IMG/VR virus record: IMGVR_UViG_3300023179_000062
Location: 21,487-85,486 of that record
Length of the DNA stretch: 64,000 nt
Strand: one strand, 5' to 3'
Source: a virus
Shown: in pieces, positions 29,190 through 38,693 of the stretch
How the letters are laid out: each line of letters opens with the position of its first letter
Position numbering within the stretch: position 1 is the stretch's first letter
Notes under the pieces: model-generated
Database searches by the model: none
Seen by the model: only the letters and a program-made list of their open reading frames with translations
What the model was told of the DNA's origin: nothing
Made by a program: the position numbers and the translations under genes

Positions 29190-30746
29190 ATGGTAAATCC
29201 ATCATCACAATACGTAGACAGTGCCCCAGCCTTTATCAACAAGGATCGTGGGCGTTCCCTAATCAATAAATGGAGTAAAATACTCGAATTCACTGACAGC
29301 CAAACCGCGCCAATCGTGGGCTATCAAAAACAATTGGCAACATCAATCATTCTTGAGAACCAAGAAAACTACCTCAAACAACAAGGTTTCCTACGTCCTA
29401 ACGTGATTCAGGAAAACGGTATGATCGCAGGTGGAGCATTTGCTTCAACTCCGTTCGGTGGTGGTACCGCTGGTACTGCACCAACCGTTAACGGTCAATA
29501 CGGTAATGCTTTGGGTGCTTCCGATTGGTATGCTCCCGGTGATGCACGTCTTCCTAAGACTCTCATTCCTATGATCCGTCGTACTTTCCCTGAGTTAATC
29601 ACTCATGAAATCGTCGGTGTTCAGCCAATGAGCGGTCCAGTAGGTCTTGCTTTCGCACTTCGTTATCAATATGACCAATCTGCTCTTGCATGTAGTCCAT
29701 ATGACGACAAGAATTGTACATCCCCTAACTCTAAGTGGAATCCTAACGGTCAACCATTTAACACCAACCATTTAGGTTCCGGTGAAGCTGGTTATCAAAA
29801 GTTATACACCGCACATACAGGTATCACCGCTGCTGGTCTATCAGGTAATTCTGATTTCTCCATCCCAGCTATTGATTCTGGTGTTGCTCAACTTCTTAGT
29901 CACTTTGAAGCAAGCAGCAATATTCCTACTATGTCTCTTAAGATCGAAAAGACTGCTGTTGAAGCAGGTACTCGTAAGCTTGGAACTAGCTGGTCTATGG
30001 AACTTGAACAAGACTTGATGAACATGAATGGTATCGACATTGATGCTGAAATGACAAACGCGATGAGCTATGAAATTCAGGCAGAAATCGACCGTGAAAT
30101 GGTTATCCGTATGATCCAAGTTGCCCTCAATGCAGGTCAAGGTACAGGTTATTCCGTCTGGAAGCCACAGCTTGCCGATGCTCGCTGGTTCGGTGAAAGA
30201 GGCGTAGACTTCTATGCTAAGATCGTTGTGGAAGCTAACAGAATGGCTATTCGTAATCGTCGTGGTCCAGCTAACTTCATCGTTGCTACTCCGAAGGTTT
30301 GCACCATTCTTCAGTTGCTCCCTGAATTCCGTCCGTTTGAAGTAAGTTCCAACATCCAAGTTCACCCAAATGGTGTCGCTCGCGTTGGTTCCCTTGCAGG
30401 ACAGTTCAACATCTATCGTGACACTCGTTCCGAAGCGCAGTATCTTGCAGGTGTTCGTGCAACTTCTATTGAATATGCACTTCTAGGTTACAAAGGTTCT
30501 GAATTCTATGACACAGGTATCGTGTATTGCCCATACATCCCTGTTCTTGTTCAGAGAACAATTAGCCCTCACACCATGACACCAAATGTCGGTATGATGA
30601 CTCGTTACGGTGTTATTGACTCTCTATGGGGTGCTTCAAACTTCTATCACATCATCATTGTGAAAGATATTGATCGCAATCACTATAGCTCAAGCTTAAC
30701 TCCAACCTCTGCTGCAACTCTTCCAGTCTATTCAGTTTCTAACTAA
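29190..30746 (+). CDS. gp23: major capsid protein
   Basis: LIPMIRR.FP.LI..EIVGVQPMSGPVGLAFALR, WS.ELEQDL...GID.DAE, EIDRE, YKG..YD.G..YCPYIP, TRYG. Confidence 0.98.
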   Translation: MVNPSSQYVDSAPAFINKDRGRSLINKWSKILEFTDSQTAPIVGYQKQLATSIILENQENYLKQQGFLRPNVIQENGMIAGGAFASTPFGGGTAGTAPTVNGQYGNALGASDWYAPGDARLPKTLIPMIRRTFPELITHEIVGVQPMSGPVGLAFALRYQYDQSALACSPYDDKNCTSPNSKWNPNGQPFNTNHLGSGEAGYQKLYTAHTGITAAGLSGNSDFSIPAIDSGVAQLLSHFEASSNIPTMSLKIEKTAVEAGTRKLGTSWSMELEQDLMNMNGIDIDAEMTNAMSYEIQAEIDREMVIRMIQVALNAGQGTGYSVWKPQLADARWFGERGVDFYAKIVVEANRMAIRNRRGPANFIVATPKVCTILQLLPEFRPFEVSSNIQVHPNGVARVGSLAGQFNIYRDTRSEAQYLAGVRATSIEYALLGYKGSEFYDTGIVYCPYIPVLVQRTISPHTMTPNVGMMTRYGVIDSLWGASNFYHIIIVKDIDRNHYSSSLTPTSAATLPVYSVSN

Positions 30747-30773
30747 TAGCTAAAGAAGAAAAGAAAAATCCAC

Positions 30774-30807
30774 GAAAACCCGCTCAATTGAGCGGGTTTT
30801 CTTTTTT
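30774..30807 (+). terminator. intrinsic terminator after gp23 (probably bidirectional)
   Basis: gaaaacccgctc-aatt-gagcgggttttc followed by a T-tract, between convergent genes. Confidence 0.88.
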
Positions 30808-31342
30808 ACCCGTGATTGATTTTAAAATAATGTTTATTTTTAGCAAGTGTAATAGATGCTGCCACGGTATCAGATAATTGATCATAAATTCTATCATCAA
30901 TTGCAAGATTATTTTTTTCGGCGGCATCGGCTCTCCACATAATATCAAGATATGTCATTCTATAGGCATCATTTGGACGACCATATACCACTTTACTTCT
31001 ATCTCTGGCTATCCAATATCCATGTTCCCAATTAGTGGTTAGTCCAATTAGTTCTCTTGTTCTAGGAATCCAAAACATGATACAATCAGCAATTTTCAAT
31101 CCAGCAAATTCCCATTCAGGAATATCATACCGATATTGATCCGATTCAAACTTACTAGTAAATTCAGGAACAACAAGTGTTCCATCAAATCCTTGACGTT
31201 CAAATTCTTCAATAGCAGCAAATCGCCATGAAGTTAAGTGGGTTTGATTACCTCTTACAGTTGGTCCCGCAAGAAAAACAATAGGTTTATCAAGGTATTG
31301 TTCAAATTCTGTTTCAGGAGTTTCATATCTAAGTACATTCAT
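30806..31342 (-). CDS. nucleoside 2-deoxyribosyltransferase-like protein
   Basis: VFLAGP...SWR...P...WE..GL..AD.I.FW.P......TTN.E.G. Confidence 0.75.
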   Translation of the reverse strand: MNVLRYETPETEFEQYLDKPIVFLAGPTVRGNQTHLTSWRFAAIEEFERQGFDGTLVVPEFTSKFESDQYRYDIPEWEFAGLKIADCIMFWIPRTRELIGLTTNWEHGYWIARDRSKVVYGRPNDAYRMTYLDIMWRADAAEKNNLAIDDRIYDQLSDTVAASITLAKNKHYFKINHG

Positions 31343-31345
31343 AAT

Positions 31346-31531
31346 TTAATAAGTGTCAATAATTTCTTTAGCTTCTTGTTCTGTCATTCCTAACGAGATT
31401 AACCATTTAATCTCTTCTTCATATGTCATTGGTGATGGACGCGGAGTAGGGTATGAGATACAAATGAGCCATAAAATGGGTATCCCTAATGCTAGTATGC
31501 CGAATAAACTTCCTATTATAATATGCCACAT
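31346..31531 (-). CDS. small membrane protein
   Basis: N-terminal hydrophobic helix; same strand as its neighbours. Confidence 0.55.
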   Translation of the reverse strand: MWHIIIGSLFGILALGIPILWLICISYPTPRPSPMTYEEEIKWLISLGMTEQEAKEIIDTY

Positions 31532-31534
31532 AAG

Positions 31535-32098
31535 TTAATAAGGGAAAACATGTTTATCATAGTGTTTTTCACATGCGGTTCTACAAAAATCAATTTCATC
31601 TTCTGAAACGGGTCTAAAATGCCATGCATCAACTCCAACGTTAATCATATTCTTCTGAACTTTCCATAATCCATGTATATGTCCGGTTAATGAAAATTCC
31701 TTATTGATGCATTTGGTAGGATAGTGGTTTAGATAATATTCTCTACCTTTAATTTCGATGGTTCTGTCTTCTACAATTTCATGAAAAATCTTGGACAAAT
31801 AATCTATTTTATCATCATCATAATTGCCTTTAATGAGAGTTAATTTGGAATCTGGGTACATTTTAAAGAAATTATCTCTAAAGTAGATATCCAGTCTATA
31901 AGTCTCTTCGGTGAGAGAATATACTACATCTCCTAAATGGTATAGCTCGTCTCCATTGTGGAATATATCAGAGAATTTATCTAAAATATGATACCTCTGC
32001 TCATATGTAGAGGGAAATGGTCTATAGAATAGATTTGGTTTCCCGTTTACTCCTATTCTATCTTCATTTAAGTGCCAATCACTTGTAAAATATCTCAT
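31535..32098 (-). CDS. calcineurin-like metallophosphoesterase
   Basis: YFTSDWH, LYHLGD, GNYD, LNHYP, GHIH, NVGVD motifs. Confidence 0.88.
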   Translation of the reverse strand: MRYFTSDWHLNEDRIGVNGKPNLFYRPFPSTYEQRYHILDKFSDIFHNGDELYHLGDVVYSLTEETYRLDIYFRDNFFKMYPDSKLTLIKGNYDDDKIDYLSKIFHEIVEDRTIEIKGREYYLNHYPTKCINKEFSLTGHIHGLWKVQKNMINVGVDAWHFRPVSEDEIDFCRTACEKHYDKHVFPY

Positions 32099-32104
32099 GT
32101 GGGT

Positions 32105-32133
32105 ATGTTACCACATACATATAGGCGTGTCAA
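32105..32133 (-). promoter_or_regulatory. sigma70-type early promoter TTGACA-17-TAACAT (extended TG), 6 nt before ATG
   Basis: Reverse complement ttgaca cgcctatatgtatgtgg taacat acccac ATG. Confidence 0.75.
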
Positions 32134-32139
32134 CGTATA

Positions 32140-33021
32140 TTACATGACATATATACTACCTATTGACGAACCTAATAATGCATCAATGTCATTATTAATA
32201 TCATTTTCAGAATTAGATAATATATCATCTAATTCTTCCGTTAATTCTGGTGTCATTTGTTTTGCCACAGGTCCGCTAGGTTTCCCCCATGCATGAGATA
32301 TTGGTAATATTCTAGGGAAATTTCTATTCAAGCTTATTTTTCCTGTGATTATATATTGTGCAATTAATTCAAATGTAAATTCGGCATCATTTCGTATATT
32401 CTTATCTCTAGCAGATTTGAATGTTCCTAAAGCATGCGCTAATTCATTTCGTAATTTACGATCATCTGTTTCAAATCCTCCATAATCACCATAAGATGAT
32501 ATTCTCTTTTTTAGAGATTGTTTATTATATATGGTACGTGCAATAGTCAATAATAATCTATTAATAGTATCTATTAATTCTTTATAATGATGAGTTGTGC
32601 CATTGAATCTTTTATGACTGGTGTGTGTTCTAGCAAGTGCATGTCCTAATCTATGAGCTATTGTCCATGCAGTCATTGGCATCTTTTCGTCACCTTTATT
32701 ATTCACAAAAATAATTGTAATTTTATTAGGGTCATTTTGAATGTTTAATTTTAAATTATCTCTGACAAAATCTGGAGATACTCTGCCCAATTCCCCACTT
32801 TTATTACCTTCCGAGGAGCGTAGAAAATACAAGTCAAAATCGAAAGCCGTTTTCTCCCACTTCTTTTTAATTTTTTCTAAACCTTTAGGATTTTTTAAAA
32901 TATTTATAGAGGCTTTGTCATATCCATATTTTTTAGCACTGTCTCCCCAATCACCTTTTAACTCAATATTATCTATTGAGTCTTCTTTGATTAATAGTTG
33001 ATATAATTGATGTAATGTCAT
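32140..33021 (-). CDS. hypothetical late protein, candidate packaged protein
   Basis: Late box 33027-33032; leader ...LLIKED; TIAHRLGHAL motif. Confidence 0.7.
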   Translation of the reverse strand: MTLHQLYQLLIKEDSIDNIELKGDWGDSAKKYGYDKASINILKNPKGLEKIKKKWEKTAFDFDLYFLRSSEGNKSGELGRVSPDFVRDNLKLNIQNDPNKITIIFVNNKGDEKMPMTAWTIAHRLGHALARTHTSHKRFNGTTHHYKELIDTINRLLLTIARTIYNKQSLKKRISSYGDYGGFETDDRKLRNELAHALGTFKSARDKNIRNDAEFTFELIAQYIITGKISLNRNFPRILPISHAWGKPSGPVAKQMTPELTEELDDILSNSENDINNDIDALLGSSIGSIYVM

Positions 33022-33029
33022 AACATTAT

Positions 33030-33563
33030 TTACACATCTATAACTATACCGTTTGCTTCTTTAATCTTCTGTTCAGCTTTCTTCTTATCTTCATCTGATC
33101 CGAATAAACTATTAAAAATAGATTCTCTGGTAGCAATAATGAATGTGTTATTCTGAGGATTAGCTGCACCATTGGTTAACTCAGGTGTAACCATTTTATT
33201 ATTAATACTCTTTTCCTTAAGATCAAGATCACGGGTTTTAAGTTCTTTATTCTGATCCATTTTTCTCTTTTCGATGACAACTCCAACCATATTCTTAATT
33301 AATTCAGATTGGCTTTTTACTACAGCCGCATGCGCCTCAATATATTCAGATGTCCCTACTTGGTTCACTAAATCTTTAGTCTGTTCCATAACTTCAGCAT
33401 TTGAGTCAATTGTTTGACGTAATTTATTCATCAAGTAATTATATGTCTCATCATCAGTTAAATTTTCAACTGGTGTTGCCTTAACTTCATTGTTTACTTG
33501 TTTGGCAGTGCTTAGAGAATTAAGCACATCGTCTAAGTCTGGTTGATTAGATGCATCTATCAT
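33030..33563 (-). CDS. gp16: terminase small subunit (gp16-like)
   Basis: Two-helix core (Y..L..KL...I...E..A...K....L) and C-terminal NNTFIIATRE..F like gp16 homologues. Confidence 0.6.
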   Translation of the reverse strand: MIDASNQPDLDDVLNSLSTAKQVNNEVKATPVENLTDDETYNYLMNKLRQTIDSNAEVMEQTKDLVNQVGTSEYIEAHAAVVKSQSELIKNMVGVVIEKRKMDQNKELKTRDLDLKEKSINNKMVTPELTNGAANPQNNTFIIATRESIFNSLFGSDEDKKKAEQKIKEANGIVIDV

Positions 33564-33611
33564 AAGTACTATTTAATTTATTATAATAATAAATCAATGT
33601 AAATACTATGT

Positions 33612-33875
33612 ATGGAATCTCCGCAACTAGAAAATCTGTACGAATCAATATTGAACACCTCTCTTCCAAAACCCGAAGAAATTATAGGACGTTTTATAGC
33701 AAAGGCTCATGGGGGATTATCATCTTCTCTTACTAGTCTGCAACAAGTACAGGATCAGTTGAAGCGTTTAGAAAATTCTGAGGTTTTGCAACAAGCAATC
33801 ACTCAGTATATATCTGACATCAAAGCAGTACAAGATAATGTTAATAGTCATTTTGCTAGATATTTTCATAATTAA
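33612..33875 (+). CDS. hypothetical protein, candidate internal protein
   Basis: Late box 33600-33605; leader QLENLYESIL. Confidence 0.65.
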   Translation: MESPQLENLYESILNTSLPKPEEIIGRFIAKAHGGLSSSLTSLQQVQDQLKRLENSEVLQQAITQYISDIKAVQDNVNSHFARYFHN

Positions 33876-33892
33876 TAATAAAAAATAACAAT

Positions 33893-33924
33893 AAAAAAGG
33901 CGGGGATTTCTCCCCGCCTTTTTT
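33893..33924. terminator. bidirectional intrinsic terminator
   Basis: aaaaaaggcgggga-tttc-tccccgcctttttt between convergent genes. Confidence 0.9.
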
Positions 33925-33934
33925 GTTTAATTTA

Positions 33935-36900
33935 TTAGAATATCTCGTTAAGAGTTACTCCGGTTCTGTTGATTACAAGGTCTGCAATGATCATCTTGAT
34001 AGTGCGTGTTGGTTGCACATACACGGCTACTCTCATTAATCCTTGGTCGATACTTTCCGCAGTATTATTGCGTTCATCAACTACGATATCATATCCATAT
34101 AAACCTGCATTATCTTTCATGAAGTTAAGAATAGGACTGAGTTTATTCTTAACTCTTGTGCGAGTAATGATGGTGTTAGGTTGTCCGATAAACTCATACA
34201 AGTTATCTTGTAGAGAATTAGCTAACCATAGAAGACCTCTACGAATATAGTTTTCTTGTAATGCGCTTGGTTCTTTTTGAAGAGTCAAGGTATTATATAC
34301 GAGATAACCAGTATTAGGGAACTTAAGAATTGGGTTAATTCCAAGTTTAGTGATCAAGTCCATTTCACGTTGATTTGGATTGATAGCTAAATCTACAACA
34401 TTTGCAAGTGCTCCGTTCTTAGCACCTAATGCGGCAGTCCATGGGTATTGATTCTGATCGTTTCGTGCATAGAGTGCTGCTTTATAGGCAGAAGGGCCGA
34501 ACCATGCATAAGAGTCAGTGTTCATAGAATATCCTTTAATCCAGTTAGCATGGCTTTCTGAATAGTTGGAATCGGTTCCTGCAAAAAGGTTACGAAGGGG
34601 TGCCCAAATATTTCTGCTGAATGATGCATACTTTTCAGTAGGTTGTCCAGTAGAAGATTCAAGAATTAAACCTTTTTGACGGTTAGCCACTTTATAATCT
34701 TTACCATTTACGAAGATTTGACGAAGAGGGTCTTGAATATGTAAGTGTCCTACTCCACCATTTGCTTTACGAGTAAAGCGAGCAAAGGAATCGAAGATAT
34801 TATATATTGTAGTCCATGCATCAATGATAGGAGAGTTCATCGAAGTACCATCATAAGGTGATAGAGAATCGGTGTCTACGAAATAAGAATCGTCATAGTT
34901 GTAACAGATACTTGTATTTGTGATACAGTTATCGTTTGATACACTTGCGCGAGTTGCCCATATAGTAGAAAGTCCGTTATCAATTGTGATATCAATTGGG
35001 TATTGGAGAGGATTTTCAACATTCACTAAAGCTCTTTCAAGTTTAGCAGGAAGATTACCTATATCTTTCTTCTGGCACATAGTATAGAGAGAATCTCTAC
35101 AATAGCCATTATAAGCACCTACACCGTATAGGTTATCACCGTATGCAGCAAGTTGTGCCTCTGCATCGAAGTTATCAAATACCCCTCCGGTTTGTTCGCG
35201 GAACATTCTAACTGTTTTCTGTGGAACACCTTTAGAATCTGCCCAGCAATTGTTATTGGAGAGATATGGGTTAATCATAACTTTCAAATAATTGCTATTT
35301 GAAACGGATTTTTCAAGGAAGTATGAGCGAGGAGGACCACCGTATGAATCATTTACTTTTCTGTCTGCATTGAGAGAACCAGTAAACTGTTCAACTTTAA
35401 TCTGATCAAGTTTATTGATAGTTTCAGTCAATTGTGTTGGACGTAGTTTGAATAGAGTTACTGTAAGAGAATCATTATAATTCTTGCTGCTGAAATCTAT
35501 ACCGCCACCGTTTTCGACTATTTCGGAAATTGATCCAGCCGCACCATTAAAGGTTTGACTAGTGTGGAAATTCCAACGTTCGGATGGAACATGAATCCAA
35601 TTACCAGATACACCGGGACATACTTCTTGATAGTAACCTGCAACACTTGTGATGGAGTTGAAATCAGTAGAAGGATTTACATTTAGATTGTCATTTATGG
35701 CAAGATAGAATCCGCTAAAATCTTCAAGTTGGGCTGTTTTTGCAGTATTTACTACCACGATACCTGCACGAACATCATTATTGATGATATCCAAGCTTGG
35801 GGATGCATTTTCATATGCACCGCATTTCCAATTGAATTGTTCATTTTGAAGTAGGGTATATTCAGTTGCATTAAGTGTTTTACTGATAGGTTCACCTAAA
35901 ACATAGAAGTTTGCATCGTTTAACTGTGCATCACCTGCTACAGGATAGAAGTTATACTTATCAGCTTCAGGAACTTGTAGATTTAATGCGGTTATTGTGC
36001 TGCACGACAAACCTGCATCAACAGGCACACCACAGAAGGAGATTAAGAAATCAAGAGTGGTAGCATCTTTTGCAGATGTAGCAACCGTAATATTTGTTCC
36101 GGTTGTTATTGCAGAAAGGATAGAAACAGTTGTTTTATAAGTTCCTGCAACATCCGAATTAGCATTGAAATATTTCAATACAGGATTATTTGCAATGGAA
36201 TATGTACCGAAAACATCACCTGCACTCACATATAAACCAGTCAAAGTTTGACCAGAAAGTAAACCAGAATTAACATTATAAGTTCTTGCAAAGCTAGCAT
36301 CTGTTAAATCAACAATAAGACGTTTACCGTCATTTGATAGATGTGATTGATCTTCGTCTTTAGACACATAGATAGAGTCGAGAGAGAAAGCAGTAACAAC
36401 CGAATAGGTAGTATCCAATCCATTAACTGTAGGACGAAGTTGGAAAACCTTTAAATCTTCAGGAACGCTATCGCTATCAACTACGAATTTGAAACCAGTA
36501 ATGATCGAATTGTATTGAACTGGATGATCGTGGATATATAGCTTCCCTGCTTCTTCGTTGGAAGAATTGAGGGGGCAATTTAAATTGGCAGAACCATAGC
36601 AGATAGACGGACTTACAAAGTAAGAACTATATAACCATGGGAATTTGACACGGCATGAAGCTTCGTCGATGGAACGGAAATAATCACATGGGCTAACCTC
36701 TACAGCAGATACCCCGATAACAGGGAAAATAAGAGTGTTTACAGAATCAGAGTATCCAAGACCTGCACCGGAACCATATGGCATACGGGTAAAGAGGACG
36801 GATGCATCAGAAGTGTTTAGAAGTTGACTAATTGCATTATATGTATATTTTTCAGCGGATGTTTGAGGCAACCCAAAAAGTTGTTCAAATTCGGCTACCG

Positions 36901-37054
36901 ATGATACTGATGTGGGTTCATCAGAAATACCTTGTGATGCGAAACCTGCAAAGAAAACATTAGTTCCTGCGCGAGTGACAGTTGATCCAGATACGTCAAT
37001 TTCTCTGATAGCGACTCCCGGTGAATTTAAAATAGTATTAAGACTTGATGCCAT
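33935..37054 (-). CDS. gp18: tail sheath protein with insertion domain
   Basis: SPGVAIREID...GFA..G...EP...EF..LFG; C-terminal PNT..TR.RV...L...GLY.Y.IV.DERNNT...ID...YVQPTR. Confidence 0.93.
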   Translation of the reverse strand: MASSLNTILNSPGVAIREIDVSGSTVTRAGTNVFFAGFASQGISDEPTSVSSVAEFEQLFGLPQTSAEKYTYNAISQLLNTSDASVLFTRMPYGSGAGLGYSDSVNTLIFPVIGVSAVEVSPCDYFRSIDEASCRVKFPWLYSSYFVSPSICYGSANLNCPLNSSNEEAGKLYIHDHPVQYNSIITGFKFVVDSDSVPEDLKVFQLRPTVNGLDTTYSVVTAFSLDSIYVSKDEDQSHLSNDGKRLIVDLTDASFARTYNVNSGLLSGQTLTGLYVSAGDVFGTYSIANNPVLKYFNANSDVAGTYKTTVSILSAITTGTNITVATSAKDATTLDFLISFCGVPVDAGLSCSTITALNLQVPEADKYNFYPVAGDAQLNDANFYVLGEPISKTLNATEYTLLQNEQFNWKCGAYENASPSLDIINNDVRAGIVVVNTAKTAQLEDFSGFYLAINDNLNVNPSTDFNSITSVAGYYQEVCPGVSGNWIHVPSERWNFHTSQTFNGAAGSISEIVENGGGIDFSSKNYNDSLTVTLFKLRPTQLTETINKLDQIKVEQFTGSLNADRKVNDSYGGPPRSYFLEKSVSNSNYLKVMINPYLSNNNCWADSKGVPQKTVRMFREQTGGVFDNFDAEAQLAAYGDNLYGVGAYNGYCRDSLYTMCQKKDIGNLPAKLERALVNVENPLQYPIDITIDNGLSTIWATRASVSNDNCITNTSICYNYDDSYFVDTDSLSPYDGTSMNSPIIDAWTTIYNIFDSFARFTRKANGGVGHLHIQDPLRQIFVNGKDYKVANRQKGLILESSTGQPTEKYASFSRNIWAPLRNLFAGTDSNYSESHANWIKGYSMNTDSYAWFGPSAYKAALYARNDQNQYPWTAALGAKNGALANVVDLAINPNQREMDLITKLGINPILKFPNTGYLVYNTLTLQKEPSALQENYIRRGLLWLANSLQDNLYEFIGQPNTIITRTRVKNKLSPILNFMKDNAGLYGYDIVVDERNNTAESIDQGLMRVAVYVQPTRTIKMIIADLVINRTGVTLNEIF

Positions 37055-37095
37055 ATATCATACTATTTATAATATTCCAAAAAAATCCTTATTTA

Positions 37096-37707
37096 TTAAA
37101 CAAGTTTCATACTTAGCTGACTAAAATCAAAAGTAAAGGTGGATTCTGTCTCGGATGCATCACGGGTACTGACATTTATTCCGCCTATACCTGTAATAAA
37201 TGCATCATAATATATAAACTCTGCTACAGGAGCACCATATTCCGCTAAAGGAAATATTGAAATATTGGTTGAGTATGTTTTAATTCTATTTTCTGATAGT
37301 CCTTCCAATGCACCATTTTGAATATCTAACCATTTCCATAAAATGTAATAATTATCATAATTATTATCTACTGTAAAATTACATACAATTGAGGGATAAG
37401 ATGGACGACTGTTTCCAGAAAATTTAAAAGTTTGTCCCCCAAATGATGTTTCTATTTTATTAACAGAAATGTCAGGAATAACCGATCCCCATACGGAGAA
37501 CCTTAATCTCTCTAGATTTCCCCCATGACATAATCTGTTTTCTTTTTGAACTAAGGGTTTTAGTGCGGGCGGCATATCCATCACCAATAGAAACTTATCC
37601 TTTCTGGATACATTGAGGACGCTCTGTTGATCAGTATAATATGATTGATTAACTGGTTCAGTAGGACAGTTATCTTCCAACACAGGAGCATTTGGTCTAT
37701 TATTCAT
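37096..37707 (-). CDS. gp3: tail tube terminator/completion protein (gp3-like, tube fold)
   Basis: F.V...IP.I.V...G.....Y..I...F.VD..Y.NY..LWKW...F.Y.DAF....GI......FTF.F. Confidence 0.6.
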   Translation of the reverse strand: MNNRPNAPVLEDNCPTEPVNQSYYTDQQSVLNVSRKDKFLLVMDMPPALKPLVQKENRLCHGGNLERLRFSVWGSVIPDISVNKIETSFGGQTFKFSGNSRPSYPSIVCNFTVDNNYDNYYILWKWLDIQNGALEGLSENRIKTYSTNISIFPLAEYGAPVAEFIYYDAFITGIGGINVSTRDASETESTFTFDFSQLSMKLV

Positions 37708-37716
37708 AATTATTAT

Positions 37717-38682
37717 TTATCTAGTGTATAATTCTAACTGTTCTATTACTGTGTTATAATATGAGTCAAATGAATCACCTATTACCCCTTTATGTTGATA
37801 ATATTTCGGCATACTGTCAATATCCATCTGTCGAACTTGTTGAGTTGCTGCGCTTTTAGATACTGTTTGTTCCTCTTCTAATCCTGAAACATCGCCTTTT
37901 TCCATATCATTAAGAGTGATAGAATATCGTTTACCTGTATATGTGGATATATTGTAACTGGTTATTCCTGCACGTTCGTCTGCATCATCATCGTACATAT
38001 GCCCTTCTTGCTCCAGTGCATCGTTTATACCCCTTGCCACGTTTCTGAGAGTGATGGAATTTAATTTATGAACTTCTATATTAGTACCATGCACACGAAT
38101 CCAGTTCCAATTTTTGATAGCATATTCGCGGGCATCTACTGTTGATCCATATGCAGTTAGCACTAAATCACTGGCTTTAGTCTCTGACATTTTACAGAAC
38201 GTAACAAGATATTTGATTATGGCATTAGCGGGGTCATTTTCTATATCTCCCCATTCATCTCCTATCTCATCTCCTATCTCACTTATGATATTGTTTTCAT
38301 GAAATTCATCTAGATTAAAAAATGAAGCAACTTCTGCACCACATTGTTGAATAACATATGCTTCATGGTTCATATCCCCTACGTCCCCGTCCGCATATTG
38401 AGCATTACCGCTCTCATCGAACCAATACTCACCTTTAATAGGAAGTTCTTCTACTTCAGGAGTTTCGGGTGTTTCTTCGGTAGGTTCTTCTGCGGCGAAT
38501 ATTCTATCTTTATTTGCTTTAATGATTCGTTCAACCATATCAATATCGAACGATTTACCTCCTAATTGCGGAACACCTTTTTCATCTGTTAAAGTATAGG
38601 AACCATCATCGTTCTTTTTCTTGAAAAGAGGAACTATATTTTCTATTATAGTATGCAGGTAACTGTCGAAATATGAAGTCAT
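37717..38682 (-). CDS. acidic hypothetical late protein, candidate packaged protein (start corrected from 38709)
   Basis: TAAATA box 38688-38693 lies 5 nt before ATG 38682 (MTSYFDSYLHTIIEN); this start removes the overlap with gp17. Confidence 0.7.
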   Translation of the reverse strand: MTSYFDSYLHTIIENIVPLFKKKNDDGSYTLTDEKGVPQLGGKSFDIDMVERIIKANKDRIFAAEEPTEETPETPEVEELPIKGEYWFDESGNAQYADGDVGDMNHEAYVIQQCGAEVASFFNLDEFHENNIISEIGDEIGDEWGDIENDPANAIIKYLVTFCKMSETKASDLVLTAYGSTVDAREYAIKNWNWIRVHGTNIEVHKLNSITLRNVARGINDALEQEGHMYDDDADERAGITSYNISTYTGKRYSITLNDMEKGDVSGLEEEQTVSKSAATQQVRQMDIDSMPKYYQHKGVIGDSFDSYYNTVIEQLELYTR

Positions 38683-38693
38683 AGGAGTATTTA

